This document shows positions 36,969 through 47,734 of a DNA stretch of 64,000 nucleotides, one piece after another. How positions within the stretch are numbered: position 1 is the first letter of the stretch; every line of letters begins with the position of its first letter. The stretch is from an uncultured Bacilli bacterium (GTDB lineage: Bacteria; Bacillota_I; Bacilli_A; RF39; UBA660), in the NCBI GenBank assembly GCA_947629445.1, contig CANRDU010000003.1, forward strand, positions 582-64,581, read 5' to 3'. The notes under the pieces are model-generated. The model saw only the letters and a program-made list of their open reading frames with translations, was not told the origin of the DNA and searched no databases. A program made the translations under genes and the position numbers.

Positions 36969-39101
36969 ATGAAAAAAATATATGAATTAGATTTTAGAGG
37001 TAGAAAATTAGTAGTAGAACATGGGGAACTTGCTAAACAAGCACATGGATCTATTTTAGTAAGATATGGGGATACCGTTATTTTAAGTACAGTAGTAGTT
37101 AGTAAAACCGCTAATGTTCTTTCTGATTTCTTCCCACTTATGGTTTTATATCAAGAAAAATTATATTCTGTTGGAAAAATACCAGGAGGATTTATTAAAA
37201 GGGAAGGACGTCCTACAGAAGCGGCTACGCTCGCTGCTCGTATGATTGATAGACCAATGCGTCCTTTATTCCCAGAAAACTTTAGAAATGAAGTACAAAT
37301 TGTCAATACTGTACTCAGTGTCGATCCAGATAATTCTCCAGAAATGGCGGCAATGTTTGGTTCTTCTTTAGCAACCTGTATTTCTAAAGTACCATTTGAT
37401 GGACCAATTGCCGGTGTAAAAGTAGGAAGAGTAGATGGTAAATTCATCATTAATCCTACCGTAGAAGAAGCTGAGAAGTCAGATATCGAACTTACGGTTG
37501 CGGGAACGAAAGATGCTATTAATATGGTAGAGGCAGGAGCTAAAGAGGTATCTGAAGAAGATATGTTAGAAGCTTTAATGTTTGGTCACGAAGCAATCAA
37601 AGAATTAGTAGCTTTTGAAGAGAAAATCATTGCGGAAATCGGCGTAGAGAAAATGGAATATGAAGTTCTTGAAATTACGGATGAACTTCGTAATGAAGTT
37701 TCTAGTTTATGTGCAACGGATTTGGATCAAGCCCTTCGTATTAAAGACAAATTAGAAAAATATAATGCTATTGATGAGATTAAGGAAAAAGTAGTAGCAA
37801 AATATGAAGAAGAAAATCAAGAATTAGAAGAAGATGCTTTGAAAGAATTGCTTACGAAAGTAAAATTGGTATTAGAAGAGATTGAATACGATTTATTCCG
37901 TTCTATCGTTGTAAAAGAAAAAGTACGTGCAGATGGAAGAGCTATGACTGAAATTCGTCCTCTTTCTACAGATATCGATTTGCTTCCACGTACTCATGGT
38001 TCTGCTTTGTTTACTCGTGGGGAAACACAAAGTTTAAGTGTTACAACATTAGGTGCTTTAGGGGAACATCAAATCTTAGATGGTTTGGATTTAGAAACAG
38101 AAAAGAGATTTATGTTACATTATAACTTTCCTCAATTTAGCGTAGGAGAAACAGGAAGATATGGATCTCCTGGTCGAAGAGAAATTGGACATGGTGCTTT
38201 AGGAGAGCGAGCTTTAGCGCAAGTTATTCCAGATGAAGATGTATTTCCATATACAATTCGGGTCGTAAGTGAAATTTTAGAGAGTAATGGTTCTTCTTCG
38301 CAAGCAAGTATTTGTGCAGGTTGTATGAGTTTGATGGCTGCAGGTGTTCCGATTAAGGCTCCAGTTGCTGGTATTGCGATGGGACTTATTACTTATGGCG
38401 ATGACTATACGATTCTTACAGATATCCAAGGAATGGAAGATCACTTAGGAGATATGGACTTTAAAGTAGCAGGGACCAGAAATGGTATTTGTGCTCTACA
38501 AATGGATATTAAAATTAAGGGTATCACGAGAGAAATTTTAGAGAAAGCTTTAGCCCAAGCTAAAGTAGCGCGTATGCAAGTACTAGATGTTATGGCTGCT
38601 CAAATTGCTGAACCAAGACCAGAAGTTTCTGAATATGCACCAAAGACGATGACTTTCATGATTAATCCAGATAAAATTAAGGAAGTTATTGGAAAAGGTG
38701 GAGAAACCATCACAAAAATTATTCTTGAATGTAGCAATGTAAAGGCTGTTAATGACGTTAATGCGGTTAAAGTAGATTTAGAAGATGATGGTAGAGTTAT
38801 TATTTATCACACCAATAAAGAAATTATTGAAGCAACGGCTAATCGTATTAAAGACATCGTAAGAGAACCAGAAGTTGATAAAATCTATACAGGTAAAGTC
38901 GTTAAAATTTTGAGTGATAAAGGATGCTTCGTAGAGTTATGGCCAGGATGTGAAGGAATGGTTCATATCGGTCAACTTGCTATGGAACGAGTTGCAAAAG
39001 TAGAGGATGTTGTCAAAGAAGGCGATGAGATTATCGTAAAATGTTTAGGCTATGATAATAGAGGTCGTTTAAATTTATCTAGAAAAGAAGCTATTAAATA
39101 G
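36969..39101 (+). CDS. pnp: Polyribonucleotide nucleotidyltransferase
   Basis: [34 protein letters not shown] and S1 domains; start taken as ATG 36969. Confidence 0.99.
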   Translation: MKKIYELDFRGRKLVVEHGELAKQAHGSILVRYGDTVILSTVVVSKTANVLSDFFPLMVLYQEKLYSVGKIPGGFIKREGRPTEAATLAARMIDRPMRPLFPENFRNEVQIVNTVLSVDPDNSPEMAAMFGSSLATCISKVPFDGPIAGVKVGRVDGKFIINPTVEEAEKSDIELTVAGTKDAINMVEAGAKEVSEEDMLEALMFGHEAIKELVAFEEKIIAEIGVEKMEYEVLEITDELRNEVSSLCATDLDQALRIKDKLEKYNAIDEIKEKVVAKYEEENQELEEDALKELLTKVKLVLEEIEYDLFRSIVVKEKVRADGRAMTEIRPLSTDIDLLPRTHGSALFTRGETQSLSVTTLGALGEHQILDGLDLETEKRFMLHYNFPQFSVGETGRYGSPGRREIGHGALGERALAQVIPDEDVFPYTIRVVSEILESNGSSSQASICAGCMSLMAAGVPIKAPVAGIAMGLITYGDDYTILTDIQGMEDHLGDMDFKVAGTRNGICALQMDIKIKGITREILEKALAQAKVARMQVLDVMAAQIAEPRPEVSEYAPKTMTFMINPDKIKEVIGKGGETITKIILECSNVKAVNDVNAVKVDLEDDGRVIIYHTNKEIIEATANRIKDIVREPEVDKIYTGKVVKILSDKGCFVELWPGCEGMVHIGQLAMERVAKVEDVVKEGDEIIVKCLGYDNRGRLNLSRKEAIK

Positions 39102-39154
39102 TTTCTTTTTTTAAATTTTTATGATATAGTAAAAGAGTAGGAAGGTAGGAATTT

Positions 39155-39865
39155 ATGTATAATAATGATCCAAATTACAATAATATGAATGGAACCCCTA
39201 ATATGGGAGGAAATCCACAACCAATGCAACCAGGAATGCCACAACAAGGGATGCAACCACAACAACCAATGATGCAACAACCGATGATGCAGCAACCAAC
39301 AATGTCACAACCAGGAGTAAATCCACAATATAATGGAAATATGCAACCAACGGGCATGGCTCCAAATTATAATATGGGAGTTGCATCTACTCCAGCGAAA
39401 AAGCCAAATACAGGTCTTATTGTCGGAATTGTCGTTGCTGTTATTGCTGTTATTGTCATCGTACTTGTATTTGTACTAGGAGGAGGAAAATCATTAACTT
39501 GTACACAAGAGCAATCCCTAGAAGGTACTTATAAGTTGAACCAGACGATTAATCTTTCATTTGATAAGGCTGGTAAGAAATTAAAGACTGCTAAATTAGA
39601 GGTTAAGATGGAAGTAGAAAGTGCAGAACTTCTAGAATATGCGGCTCCAAATGCGGAAGATGAATGTAAAGATTTTGAGGACATTAATGGTGTAGGCTGT
39701 AAGGTATCTAAAGAAGATAAAACCATTACAGAGACAATCACTATTGATTTAGATAAGATTTCTAAGGAAGATGCTGAAAAACTAGGTCTGGATATTACGG
39801 ATACTGCTCAAACAATAGATGATGCAAAGAAGTATTATACAGATGAGGGATATACTTGTAAGTAA
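39155..39865 (+). CDS. Membrane protein with Q/P/M-rich N-tail and DUF1307/YehR-like extracellular domain
   Basis: PMMQQ repeats, TM, LTCT...GYTCK domain resembling the neighbouring lipoprotein. Confidence 0.65.
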   Translation: MYNNDPNYNNMNGTPNMGGNPQPMQPGMPQQGMQPQQPMMQQPMMQQPTMSQPGVNPQYNGNMQPTGMAPNYNMGVASTPAKKPNTGLIVGIVVAVIAVIVIVLVFVLGGGKSLTCTQEQSLEGTYKLNQTINLSFDKAGKKLKTAKLEVKMEVESAELLEYAAPNAEDECKDFEDINGVGCKVSKEDKTITETITIDLDKISKEDAEKLGLDITDTAQTIDDAKKYYTDEGYTCK

Positions 39866-39931
39866 AAAAGAAACGAAATATAGTTTCTTTTTTTATTTTA
39901 TGATATAATAGAGTTGGAAAGGTAAGATGAT

Positions 39932-40426
39932 ATGAGAAAGTATTTTACATTAGTGCTACTTCTTTTAGTATGCGTTGTTGCAGTAGGATGTGGTAAAGAA
40001 AAAGAAGAAAGTGATAAAAGTGATAGTAATTCTAATGATAAGGTAGTAACAACTTGTACATTAAATAATACTTATGATAATGGTTCTATCATTGATGCTA
40101 CTTATAAAGTAACATCTAAAGATGATGTTGTTTTATTGGTAGAATCTACAGAGAAAATTACTTCTGATGATTCTAGTTATTTATCTGCTGTACAATTACA
40201 AACACAAACTCTTTATAGTAGATTCGATAATTTAGATCATTATGATTATGATGTTTCTGTAAACGGAAATACATTGATTAGTAGCACTAAAATTGATTAT
40301 GAGCATATGGACATTGATAAGTTCTTAGAAGTCAATCCAGATGGTGCATCATTATTTACAGATGGTAAGATTAAACTTGCTACTGTTAAATCTATGTATG
40401 TATTGATGGGTGCAACTTGTAATTAA
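39932..40426 (+). CDS. DUF1307/YehR-like lipoprotein
   Basis: Lipobox AVGC; TKIDYEHMD and terminal GATC. Confidence 0.7.
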   Translation: MRKYFTLVLLLLVCVVAVGCGKEKEESDKSDSNSNDKVVTTCTLNNTYDNGSIIDATYKVTSKDDVVLLVESTEKITSDDSSYLSAVQLQTQTLYSRFDNLDHYDYDVSVNGNTLISSTKIDYEHMDIDKFLEVNPDGASLFTDGKIKLATVKSMYVLMGATCN

Positions 40427-40444
40427 AAAAATAGTTCGTTGGAA

Positions 40445-40810
40445 CTATTTTTTTATGATTTCATATATCTCTTCTACTGTTTTTTCTTCTTTTTCTTGAT
40501 AGACAGGAATAATGTGAAGATGAAAATGTTTTACTTCTTGAACAATACCGTTATTTTGAACAAGTCGAAAACCATCTGGATGAAGTTTTTCTTCTAAACG
40601 GTTCATCATTACTTTCGCACTTTTCATAATATTAGTAAGTTCATTTTCAGGAATCAGAAACATATCTTTATGATGTTCTTTTGGTATAATTAATGTGTGT
40701 CCTGGTGATTCTGGATGAATATCCAAAAAGGCAAGAACATGCTCATCTTCATAAAGTTTTTTAGAAGGAATTTCTCCTTTTATAATTTTACAGAATATAC
40801 ATTCTTCCAT
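40445..40810 (-). CDS. HIT family nucleotide hydrolase
   Basis: CIFCKII, GHTLIIPK, HFHLH triad. Confidence 0.96.
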   Translation of the reverse strand: MEECIFCKIIKGEIPSKKLYEDEHVLAFLDIHPESPGHTLIIPKEHHKDMFLIPENELTNIMKSAKVMMNRLEEKLHPDGFRLVQNNGIVQEVKHFHLHIIPVYQEKEEKTVEEIYEIIKK

Positions 40811-40973
40811 ATTATCACGCTCCTATTTTATTATATCATGAAAAAGATGAGAAATCTCATCTTTCGTGAATACTTGCGGATATTCATTACTATAATGAAC
40901 CTTTCTATAAAAATCTATACATCCTCTTTTTTATTTTGTAATTTTCTAGTATAATACTTTTGGAGATGATTAT

Positions 40974-41762
40974 ATGCATACATTAGAAATTAAGGATTTG
41001 ACAGTTACTATAGATGGTAAAGAGATATTATCGCATTTCTCACTTACTATCAAAAGTGGAGAGATTCATGCTATTATGGGACCAAATGGAACTGGTAAAA
41101 GTACTCTCACAAAAGTGATAATGGGTAATGATAGTTATCACATCGAATCGGGAGAAATACGATATGATGGAGAAGATATTCGAAAACTATCCGTAAGTGA
41201 AAGAGCGAATCTCGGTATATTTTTAGGTATGCAGTCACCTATCGCAATCGAAGGGGTAAGCAATGCTGATTTCTTACGTACGATTGTTTCTACGAAAGAG
41301 AAAGAAAACTTTAAACTATTTCCATTTATTAAAGAATTAGATAAGACGATTGAACAATTAAATATGGATCCAGATATGATACATCGGGATGTCAATCAAG
41401 GATTTAGTGGTGGAGAGAGGAAGAAAAGTGAAATTCTTCAAATGTATTTGTTAAAACCAGATATGGTATTATTAGACGAAATTGATTCCGGATTAGATGT
41501 CGATAGTCTAAAAATTGTTGGTGAGAATGTAACAGCCTATCAAAAACAGAGTAAATGTGGGGTTCTTTTAATTACGCATTATCGTCGTTTATTAGAATAT
41601 ATAAAACCAAAGTTTGTCCATATTATGATGAATGGTCGGATTGTGCAAAGTGGTGGGATGGAACTAGTAGACTATATTGAAAAGAATGGTTATGAAAAAA
41701 TAGAAAAAAAACAAGTAGGGATTGGTACTTGTATCGTGAAGGAAATCGCACGTCATGAATAA
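40974..41762 (+). CDS. sufC: Fe-S assembly ATPase SufC
   Basis: HAIMGPNGTGKST, GFSGGERKK, LDEIDSGLDVD, ITHY. Confidence 0.97.
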   Translation: MHTLEIKDLTVTIDGKEILSHFSLTIKSGEIHAIMGPNGTGKSTLTKVIMGNDSYHIESGEIRYDGEDIRKLSVSERANLGIFLGMQSPIAIEGVSNADFLRTIVSTKEKENFKLFPFIKELDKTIEQLNMDPDMIHRDVNQGFSGGERKKSEILQMYLLKPDMVLLDEIDSGLDVDSLKIVGENVTAYQKQSKCGVLLITHYRRLLEYIKPKFVHIMMNGRIVQSGGMELVDYIEKNGYEKIEKKQVGIGTCIVKEIARHE

Positions 41763-42546
41763 AATAAAAGTAGTAGAGGAAACAGTTGAATCAAAACTTT
41801 CTAAAAAAATTTCCTTTACCGTCAAAGAAGCGAAAAGTGAATTAGAAATATCAGAATTAACCATTCAAATTGTAAAAGATAGTGATTTGGAATTAGATTT
41901 TTCTTGTACTTCCAAAAAATGGAAAATAAATGTGGAAGTTTTATCAGATGTTCATAGCCAATTTTATGTTTATCAAAAAGCGGAAAATTCGAAAATACAA
42001 TATAATCTTAAAATACATTCTAATGCCTCTCTTCAACTTTTTAAATTCCAAATGAATGCTAATAAAGAGATGATGGAAGTGCGTTTATTAGGGGAAGGCG
42101 CAAGTATAGATTACTTCTTGAAGGATATTGCTTTTGATAAAGAAACGATGGATTACTATATTTTCCATGATGCCCCAAGGACTAGTAGTAATATAAAAAA
42201 TAATGTTGTAACTACCCAAAAAGGAAGAGCAGTGTTACAAGTTTCCACTTTTATTCCTAAAGGAATGAAAGAATGTATTGCAAATCAAACAAATCGTATT
42301 ATTAATAATAATGAAATGAAGAACGAAATTCGTCCTAATCTCTATATTGAGGAATATGATGTTACCGCGAATCATTCCGCTTTAATTGGAAGATTTCGTG
42401 AGGAAGAACTATTCTATCTAGAAAGTAGAGGAATTGATGAACAACAAGCTTCTCGTCTTCTTTTAGAAGGTTTTTTATTAAGTGATGTTACGAATAAAAA
42501 GATGAGAAAGGAAATTTTAAAATCTACAAAAAAAGAGTGGAGGTGA
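41755..42546 (+). CDS. sufD: SufD-like Fe-S assembly protein (short)
   Basis: PNLYIEEYDVTANHSA, ELFYLESRGI, LLEGF. Confidence 0.85.
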   Translation: MNKIKVVEETVESKLSKKISFTVKEAKSELEISELTIQIVKDSDLELDFSCTSKKWKINVEVLSDVHSQFYVYQKAENSKIQYNLKIHSNASLQLFKFQMNANKEMMEVRLLGEGASIDYFLKDIAFDKETMDYYIFHDAPRTSSNIKNNVVTTQKGRAVLQVSTFIPKGMKECIANQTNRIINNNEMKNEIRPNLYIEEYDVTANHSALIGRFREEELFYLESRGIDEQQASRLLLEGFLLSDVTNKKMRKEILKSTKKEWR

Positions 42547-42549
42547 TTT

Positions 42550-43740
42550 ATGAATCGGGAAGATTTTTTGATGTATAATCAAGATATTATTTATTTGGAT
42601 AGTGGGGCGACCACTTTAAAACCTAAAATTTTAGCGGATACTTTGAGCGATTATTATAATCATTATAGTGCGAATGCCCATAGAGGAGATTATGATATTA
42701 GCTTGAAAGTCGATACTCTTTTTGAGAAGACCAGATATCTCGTTAGTAATTTTATCAATGCCAATACCAATGAGGTAGCTTTTACGAATAATGCAACAGA
42801 CTCTCTATCTAAGATTGTCTGGGGATTCTTTGAAGATTATTTACAAGAAGGAGATGAAGTTCTTCTTACCAAAGCAGAACATGCTTCCAATGTACTTCCT
42901 TGGTTTGAGTTAGCGAAAAGAAAAGGAATTGTAGTTCATTATATACCTCTAGATGAACATTTAAAAGTAACGATTGAAAATGTAGAAAAAGCTATTACTA
43001 GCCGTACCAAAGTCATTTCTCTTGCCCACGTTACCAATGTGGTGGGAGATGAAAGACCTATGAAAGAAATTACGAAAATAGCTCATGAAAGGGATATATT
43101 AGTTGTCTGTGATGGAGCACAAAGTGTTCCTCATATGAAGATAGATGTAAAAGATTTAGATGTTGATTTTATGGCTTTCTCTGCTCATAAAATGTGTGGG
43201 CCAACTGGTTTAGGAGTCCTTTATGGAAAAGAAAAATATTTAAAACAGTTTAGACCTCTCATTGTTGGAGGAGGAATGAATTCATCTTTCGAATTTGATG
43301 GAACCGTTATCTATAATGATATTCCTCATTATTTTGAAGCAGGAACACCAAACATTGCAGGTGTAATTGGTTTTGGTGCGGTATTAGAATATTTAGAGCA
43401 TTTAGGAATGGAACGGATTCATCAGTATGAGAAAGAATTGCGAAAATATGCTATTACAAAATTAAAGGATGTTCCGAATATTATTCTTTATAACGAAGAA
43501 AGTGAAGCGGGTATTATTACTTTTAACATTCGCGATATTTTTTCGCAAGATCTAGCCATCTATTTGAATAAGTATCATATTTGTGTTCGAGCTGGAAATC
43601 ATTGCGCTAAAATACTAAAAGATGAATTAGGAATAAAAAATACCTGTCGGGTAAGTCTTTATTTTTATAATACGAAAGAGGAAATTGATGCTCTCGTAGA
43701 AGCTTTACAAAACCCGAAGATTAAAGATGAAATTATTTAG
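42550..43740 (+). CDS. sufS: Cysteine desulfurase SufS
   Basis: YLDSGATT, EHASN, SAHKMCGPTG, EAGTP, RAGNHCA. Confidence 0.96.
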   Translation: MNREDFLMYNQDIIYLDSGATTLKPKILADTLSDYYNHYSANAHRGDYDISLKVDTLFEKTRYLVSNFINANTNEVAFTNNATDSLSKIVWGFFEDYLQEGDEVLLTKAEHASNVLPWFELAKRKGIVVHYIPLDEHLKVTIENVEKAITSRTKVISLAHVTNVVGDERPMKEITKIAHERDILVVCDGAQSVPHMKIDVKDLDVDFMAFSAHKMCGPTGLGVLYGKEKYLKQFRPLIVGGGMNSSFEFDGTVIYNDIPHYFEAGTPNIAGVIGFGAVLEYLEHLGMERIHQYEKELRKYAITKLKDVPNIILYNEESEAGIITFNIRDIFSQDLAIYLNKYHICVRAGNHCAKILKDELGIKNTCRVSLYFYNTKEEIDALVEALQNPKIKDEII

Positions 43741-43743
43741 TTA

Positions 43744-43774
43744 AAAAAGAGTTGACAAAATGTTTACTCTTTTT
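43744..43774 (+). terminator. Intrinsic terminator after sufS
   Basis: AAAAAGAGT...ACTCTTTTT. Confidence 0.7.
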
Positions 43775-43956
43775 CTATGCAAACATGTAAAATGGTTGTT
43801 ACTCACTGGAAAAACTGCTATACTTAGAGTAAATAGTGGTAGTGAAAATACAATTCTATTTACTGCTTGGATAGAAAGAAGGATTCTTAACTATGAATAT
43901 TGTTTATCGTATGATGTCTGTTATGGTTGAAATATTTAGAAAGTATAGGTTAAAGT

Positions 43957-44418
43957 ATGAGTAAATACGAGTATAGTTTTAAAGTAGAAAATATCGAGCC
44001 TTATGCCAATTATTGTATTCACAACCATTATAAAAAAATAAAGGATACGAAAGAAATAAGAAAATTATATAAAAATAAAACGAATATTGTAGCCACTATT
44101 ACTATCGATATAGAAGCAAATGCAACCGTATTAGATTTTAGAGAAGATTCTGGGGTTACAAAATTAAAAAAAGAAGTTCTAGAGTCTAAACCTCTTAAAG
44201 TATTAAAGAATAATCAAGAATCTATCTTTTCTATTTTATCGATTTTTCAATATAAATTAGCCAAGACATTCGTGCGTAATCGCGTGATTTATGAAAAAGA
44301 GAATATACGCTTTGAGATTGATAAATATCTAGAACCAGCACTTTGTTATGTAGTTGCTCTGGAAGGAGAAAAAGAGGAAGTTGAAGAAATTTATCGGGAA
44401 ATAAAAAATTTAGAATAA
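43957..44418 (+). CDS. CYTH-domain (triphosphate tunnel) protein, divergent
   Basis: KYEYSFKV, RNRVIY...FEIDKY...VVALEG. Confidence 0.65.
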   Translation: MSKYEYSFKVENIEPYANYCIHNHYKKIKDTKEIRKLYKNKTNIVATITIDIEANATVLDFREDSGVTKLKKEVLESKPLKVLKNNQESIFSILSIFQYKLAKTFVRNRVIYEKENIRFEIDKYLEPALCYVVALEGEKEEVEEIYREIKNLE

Positions 44419-44465
44419 GCACTTCGTTGCTTATTTTTTTATGATATAATGGATATGGTGGTAGT

Positions 44466-46199
44466 ATGTCAGTTATTCATGTATTAGATGAAGTTTTAGC
44501 AAACAAGATAGCAGCAGGAGAAGTCGTAGAAAGATGTTCTTCCGTCGTTAAAGAACTAGTTGAAAATAGTATTGATGCTGGAAGTACTGAAATTAAAGTA
44601 GAACTATTAGAATCTGGTACCAAAGAAATTAAAGTAATTGATAATGGCAAAGGAATGGAAAGAGAAGATGCCATTTTATGTTTCTCTAGGCATGCTACTA
44701 GTAAAATTTATAGAGAAGAAGATTTATACCGTATTGGTACTCTTGGTTTTCGGGGGGAAGCTTTAGCGTCTATTGCGGCAGTTTCTAAAGTAACACTTTC
44801 TACATCAACAGGAAATGTAGGTACCGTTGTTGTCATAGAAGGTGGAAAACTAATAGAAGAAAAAAGGGGAGATAGTCGTAAAGGTACCATTATGACGGTC
44901 AATGATTTATTTTATAATACACCAGCTCGTTTAAAACATTTAAAAAGTTTATATGCAGAACTTGCCAGTATTACTGAATATCTCCATAAATTAGCGCTTT
45001 CTCATCCAGAAATTCGTTTTGTTTTATCGAATGATGGTAAAGAACTATTTAAAACGGATGGTAGCAATAATCTTTTAAAAGTAATCCACTTTATTTACGG
45101 GGCAACGGTAGCACGCAAGATGCTTGCGGTAAAAGATGAAAATGAGGATTATGAGGTAGAAGGATATATTTCCTTACCAGAACTGCATCGTTCTAATCGG
45201 AATGGGATTGTTACCATTGTAAATGGTAGAATTGTTAGAAATGCCGAATTAAATCGTTTTATTCAAGAAGGATATCACTCTTATCAGCCAGAGAATCGCT
45301 ACCCGATAGCAATCCTTAATATCAAAGTAGATACGAGCATTGTAGATGTGAATATTCATCCTACAAAAATGGATATTAAATTTGGAAAACAAGAAGAATT
45401 AAATAATCTTGTTTATGAGATGATTCGAAATGCTTTAAAGCCAAAGACATTAATTCCCCATATTGATGCTAAAGTGGAAGAACACCCTCAAAAAGTTCAT
45501 TATGAAGAAGTAAAATTATCTTTTGATGAGGTAAAAGAACCAGAAACCAGTTATCCTATTAATGAAGATTTTACTAAAGAGGAAGTAGAGATTCATGAGG
45601 ATGTGAAGGAACATCTTCCTATCCTTTATCCCGTTGGTTTGGTCCATGGTACCTATATTATTGCCCAAAATGAAACGGGAATGTATTTAATTGATCAACA
45701 TGCTGCCAAAGAAAGAATCAACTATGAAAAGGTAAAAGAAAAATTAAATCACCCTGTTAAAGAATCTATCGCTTTATTAGTACCGATTACCTTAGAATAT
45801 CCTGCGAATGAATTTTTCGTTTTAAAAGAAAATTTCGAACTACTTCGCAATATGAATTTTGATATTGATGAATTTGGAGTGAATTCTGTCATTATTAAGG
45901 CTCATCCCGTATGGATTCCAACGGATTATGAAGAAGATAACATTCGCAAAATCTTAGAGACAGTTATCTATCGAGAGAAGAATTTTGATTTAGAGAGATT
46001 TTACGATCATGTATCGGCAACAGCGGCTTGTAAGATGAGTATTAAGGCAAATACCAATATTACCATGGAAGAAATGGAACATTTACTAGAGGATTTAAGG
46101 AATTGTGAAAACCCTTTTAATTGCCCACATGGTAGACCAACGGTTATCTATTATTCCAAACAGGATTTAGAAAAACTATTTAAACGTAGTGGTTTTTAA
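44466..46199 (+). CDS. mutL: DNA mismatch repair protein MutL
   Basis: IAAGEVVER, ELVENSIDAG, GFRGEALAS, DQHAAKER, CPHGRP. Confidence 0.98.
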   Translation: MSVIHVLDEVLANKIAAGEVVERCSSVVKELVENSIDAGSTEIKVELLESGTKEIKVIDNGKGMEREDAILCFSRHATSKIYREEDLYRIGTLGFRGEALASIAAVSKVTLSTSTGNVGTVVVIEGGKLIEEKRGDSRKGTIMTVNDLFYNTPARLKHLKSLYAELASITEYLHKLALSHPEIRFVLSNDGKELFKTDGSNNLLKVIHFIYGATVARKMLAVKDENEDYEVEGYISLPELHRSNRNGIVTIVNGRIVRNAELNRFIQEGYHSYQPENRYPIAILNIKVDTSIVDVNIHPTKMDIKFGKQEELNNLVYEMIRNALKPKTLIPHIDAKVEEHPQKVHYEEVKLSFDEVKEPETSYPINEDFTKEEVEIHEDVKEHLPILYPVGLVHGTYIIAQNETGMYLIDQHAAKERINYEKVKEKLNHPVKESIALLVPITLEYPANEFFVLKENFELLRNMNFDIDEFGVNSVIIKAHPVWIPTDYEEDNIRKILETVIYREKNFDLERFYDHVSATAACKMSIKANTNITMEEMEHLLEDLRNCENPFNCPHGRPTVIYYSKQDLEKLFKRSGF

Positions 46200-46310
46200 A
46201 AAAGAGACAAAATAGGAATTTTGCTGGTGCTGAAAAAGATATGCAAATATCTTTTTTATCTATTCTAAAAGAAAACTTTATGATATAATTTGAATATGGA
46301 GGGAATAAAA

Positions 46311-47726
46311 ATGAACGATAAAAAAAATGAAAAGATTACATCGAGAGATGTCGATTTTGCTAAGTGGTATACAGATGTTTGTAAAGCTGCTGACTTAGTC
46401 GACTATTCTTCTGTCAAAGGAAGTATGATTATTCGTCCTTATGGCTATGCTATTTGGGAGAATATAGTATCTGTTTTAGATAAAATGTTTAAAGCAACGG
46501 GGCATGTGAATGTACAGATGCCGATGTTTATTCCCGAAAGTTTATTTAATATTGAAAAAGATCATGTAGAAGGTTTTGCGCCAGAAGTAGCATGGGTAAC
46601 GCAAGGTGGAAATGAAAAGTTAGAAGAACGTATGATTGTAAGACCAACGAGTGAAGTGCTTTTCTGTGAACACTTTAAAAAGATTATTAAGTCTTACCGT
46701 GACCTACCACTATTATATAATCAGTGGTGTACGATAGTGAGATGGGAAAAAGAGACGAGACCATTTTTACGGAGTCGTGAAATTTTATGGCAAGAAGGGC
46801 ATACCATGCATGCTACGAAAGAAGAAGCAATGGAAGAGACTCTTCGCATGTTAAATGTTTACCGTGATTTACAGGAAAACTATTTAGCGCTCCCTGTCAT
46901 TGTGGGAAAGAAAACAGAAAAGGAAAAGTTTGCTGGAGCGGAAGCTTCTTATACCGTAGAAGCCATGATGTGGGATGGCATTGCTCTTCAAAATGGAACT
47001 AGTCATTACTTTGGAGATGGTTTTGCCAAAGCTTTCAATATTCAGTTTTTAAATAAAAATAACGAATTAGAAACCCCATATCAAACTTCTTGGGGAGTAA
47101 CCACTAGAATGATTGGTTCCATTATTATGGTTCATGGAGATGATCATGGTCTAGTGTTACCACCAAAAATTGCTCCCGTTAAAGTAGCGATTATTCCGAT
47201 TGGGGAAGTAGACGAAGTATTAGATAAAATTATAGAAGAATTAAAGACCAAAGATATTTCTTTCACGGTGGATAAGACGGATAAGTCTCCAGGATATAAA
47301 TTTGCAGAAGCAGAAGTAAAGGGCTATCCAATTCGCTTAGAAGTAGGAAAAAGGGATTTAGAGCATGAGGAAGTAACTATTGTTAGAAGAGATACTTTAG
47401 AAAAAAGCAAAATCCGTTGGGAGGACGCTGTAAGTCGTATTGAAGAATTATTAGAGGAAATCCAAAAGGATATGTTAGAAAAAGCAAGGAAAAGAAGAGA
47501 CTCTATGATTTATGATGCGAAGGATTATGATGAATTCTTAGAGATTGCCAAAAATAAAAATGGATTTATTAAGACTGCTTGGTGTGGTAATGAAGCTTGC
47601 GAAAATAAGATTAAAGAGGATACTACTTACAAATCTAGATGTATTATTGAAGAATGTCATGATGAAAATTGTGTATGTTGTGGAAAGAAAGCACAATATA
47701 AGATTTATTGGGGAAAACAATATTAG
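46311..47726 (+). CDS. proS: Proline--tRNA ligase (archaeal/eukaryote-like type)
   Basis: IIRPYGYAIWE, HVEGFAPE, RPTSE, QEGHT, SWGVTTR, Cys-rich C-terminus; start taken as ATG 46311. Confidence 0.97.
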   Translation: MNDKKNEKITSRDVDFAKWYTDVCKAADLVDYSSVKGSMIIRPYGYAIWENIVSVLDKMFKATGHVNVQMPMFIPESLFNIEKDHVEGFAPEVAWVTQGGNEKLEERMIVRPTSEVLFCEHFKKIIKSYRDLPLLYNQWCTIVRWEKETRPFLRSREILWQEGHTMHATKEEAMEETLRMLNVYRDLQENYLALPVIVGKKTEKEKFAGAEASYTVEAMMWDGIALQNGTSHYFGDGFAKAFNIQFLNKNNELETPYQTSWGVTTRMIGSIIMVHGDDHGLVLPPKIAPVKVAIIPIGEVDEVLDKIIEELKTKDISFTVDKTDKSPGYKFAEAEVKGYPIRLEVGKRDLEHEEVTIVRRDTLEKSKIRWEDAVSRIEELLEEIQKDMLEKARKRRDSMIYDAKDYDEFLEIAKNKNGFIKTAWCGNEACENKIKEDTTYKSRCIIEECHDENCVCCGKKAQYKIYWGKQY

Positions 47727-47734
47727 GAGGAAAT

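Noticed and set aside
38720-38780. Short insertion in the PNPase KH domain
   Set aside because: Probably an ordinary lineage-specific loop; no intein or functional motif
40715-40954. 79-aa plus-strand ORF over the HIT start and intergenic region
   Set aside because: Antisense to HIT, crosses two promoters, no RBS
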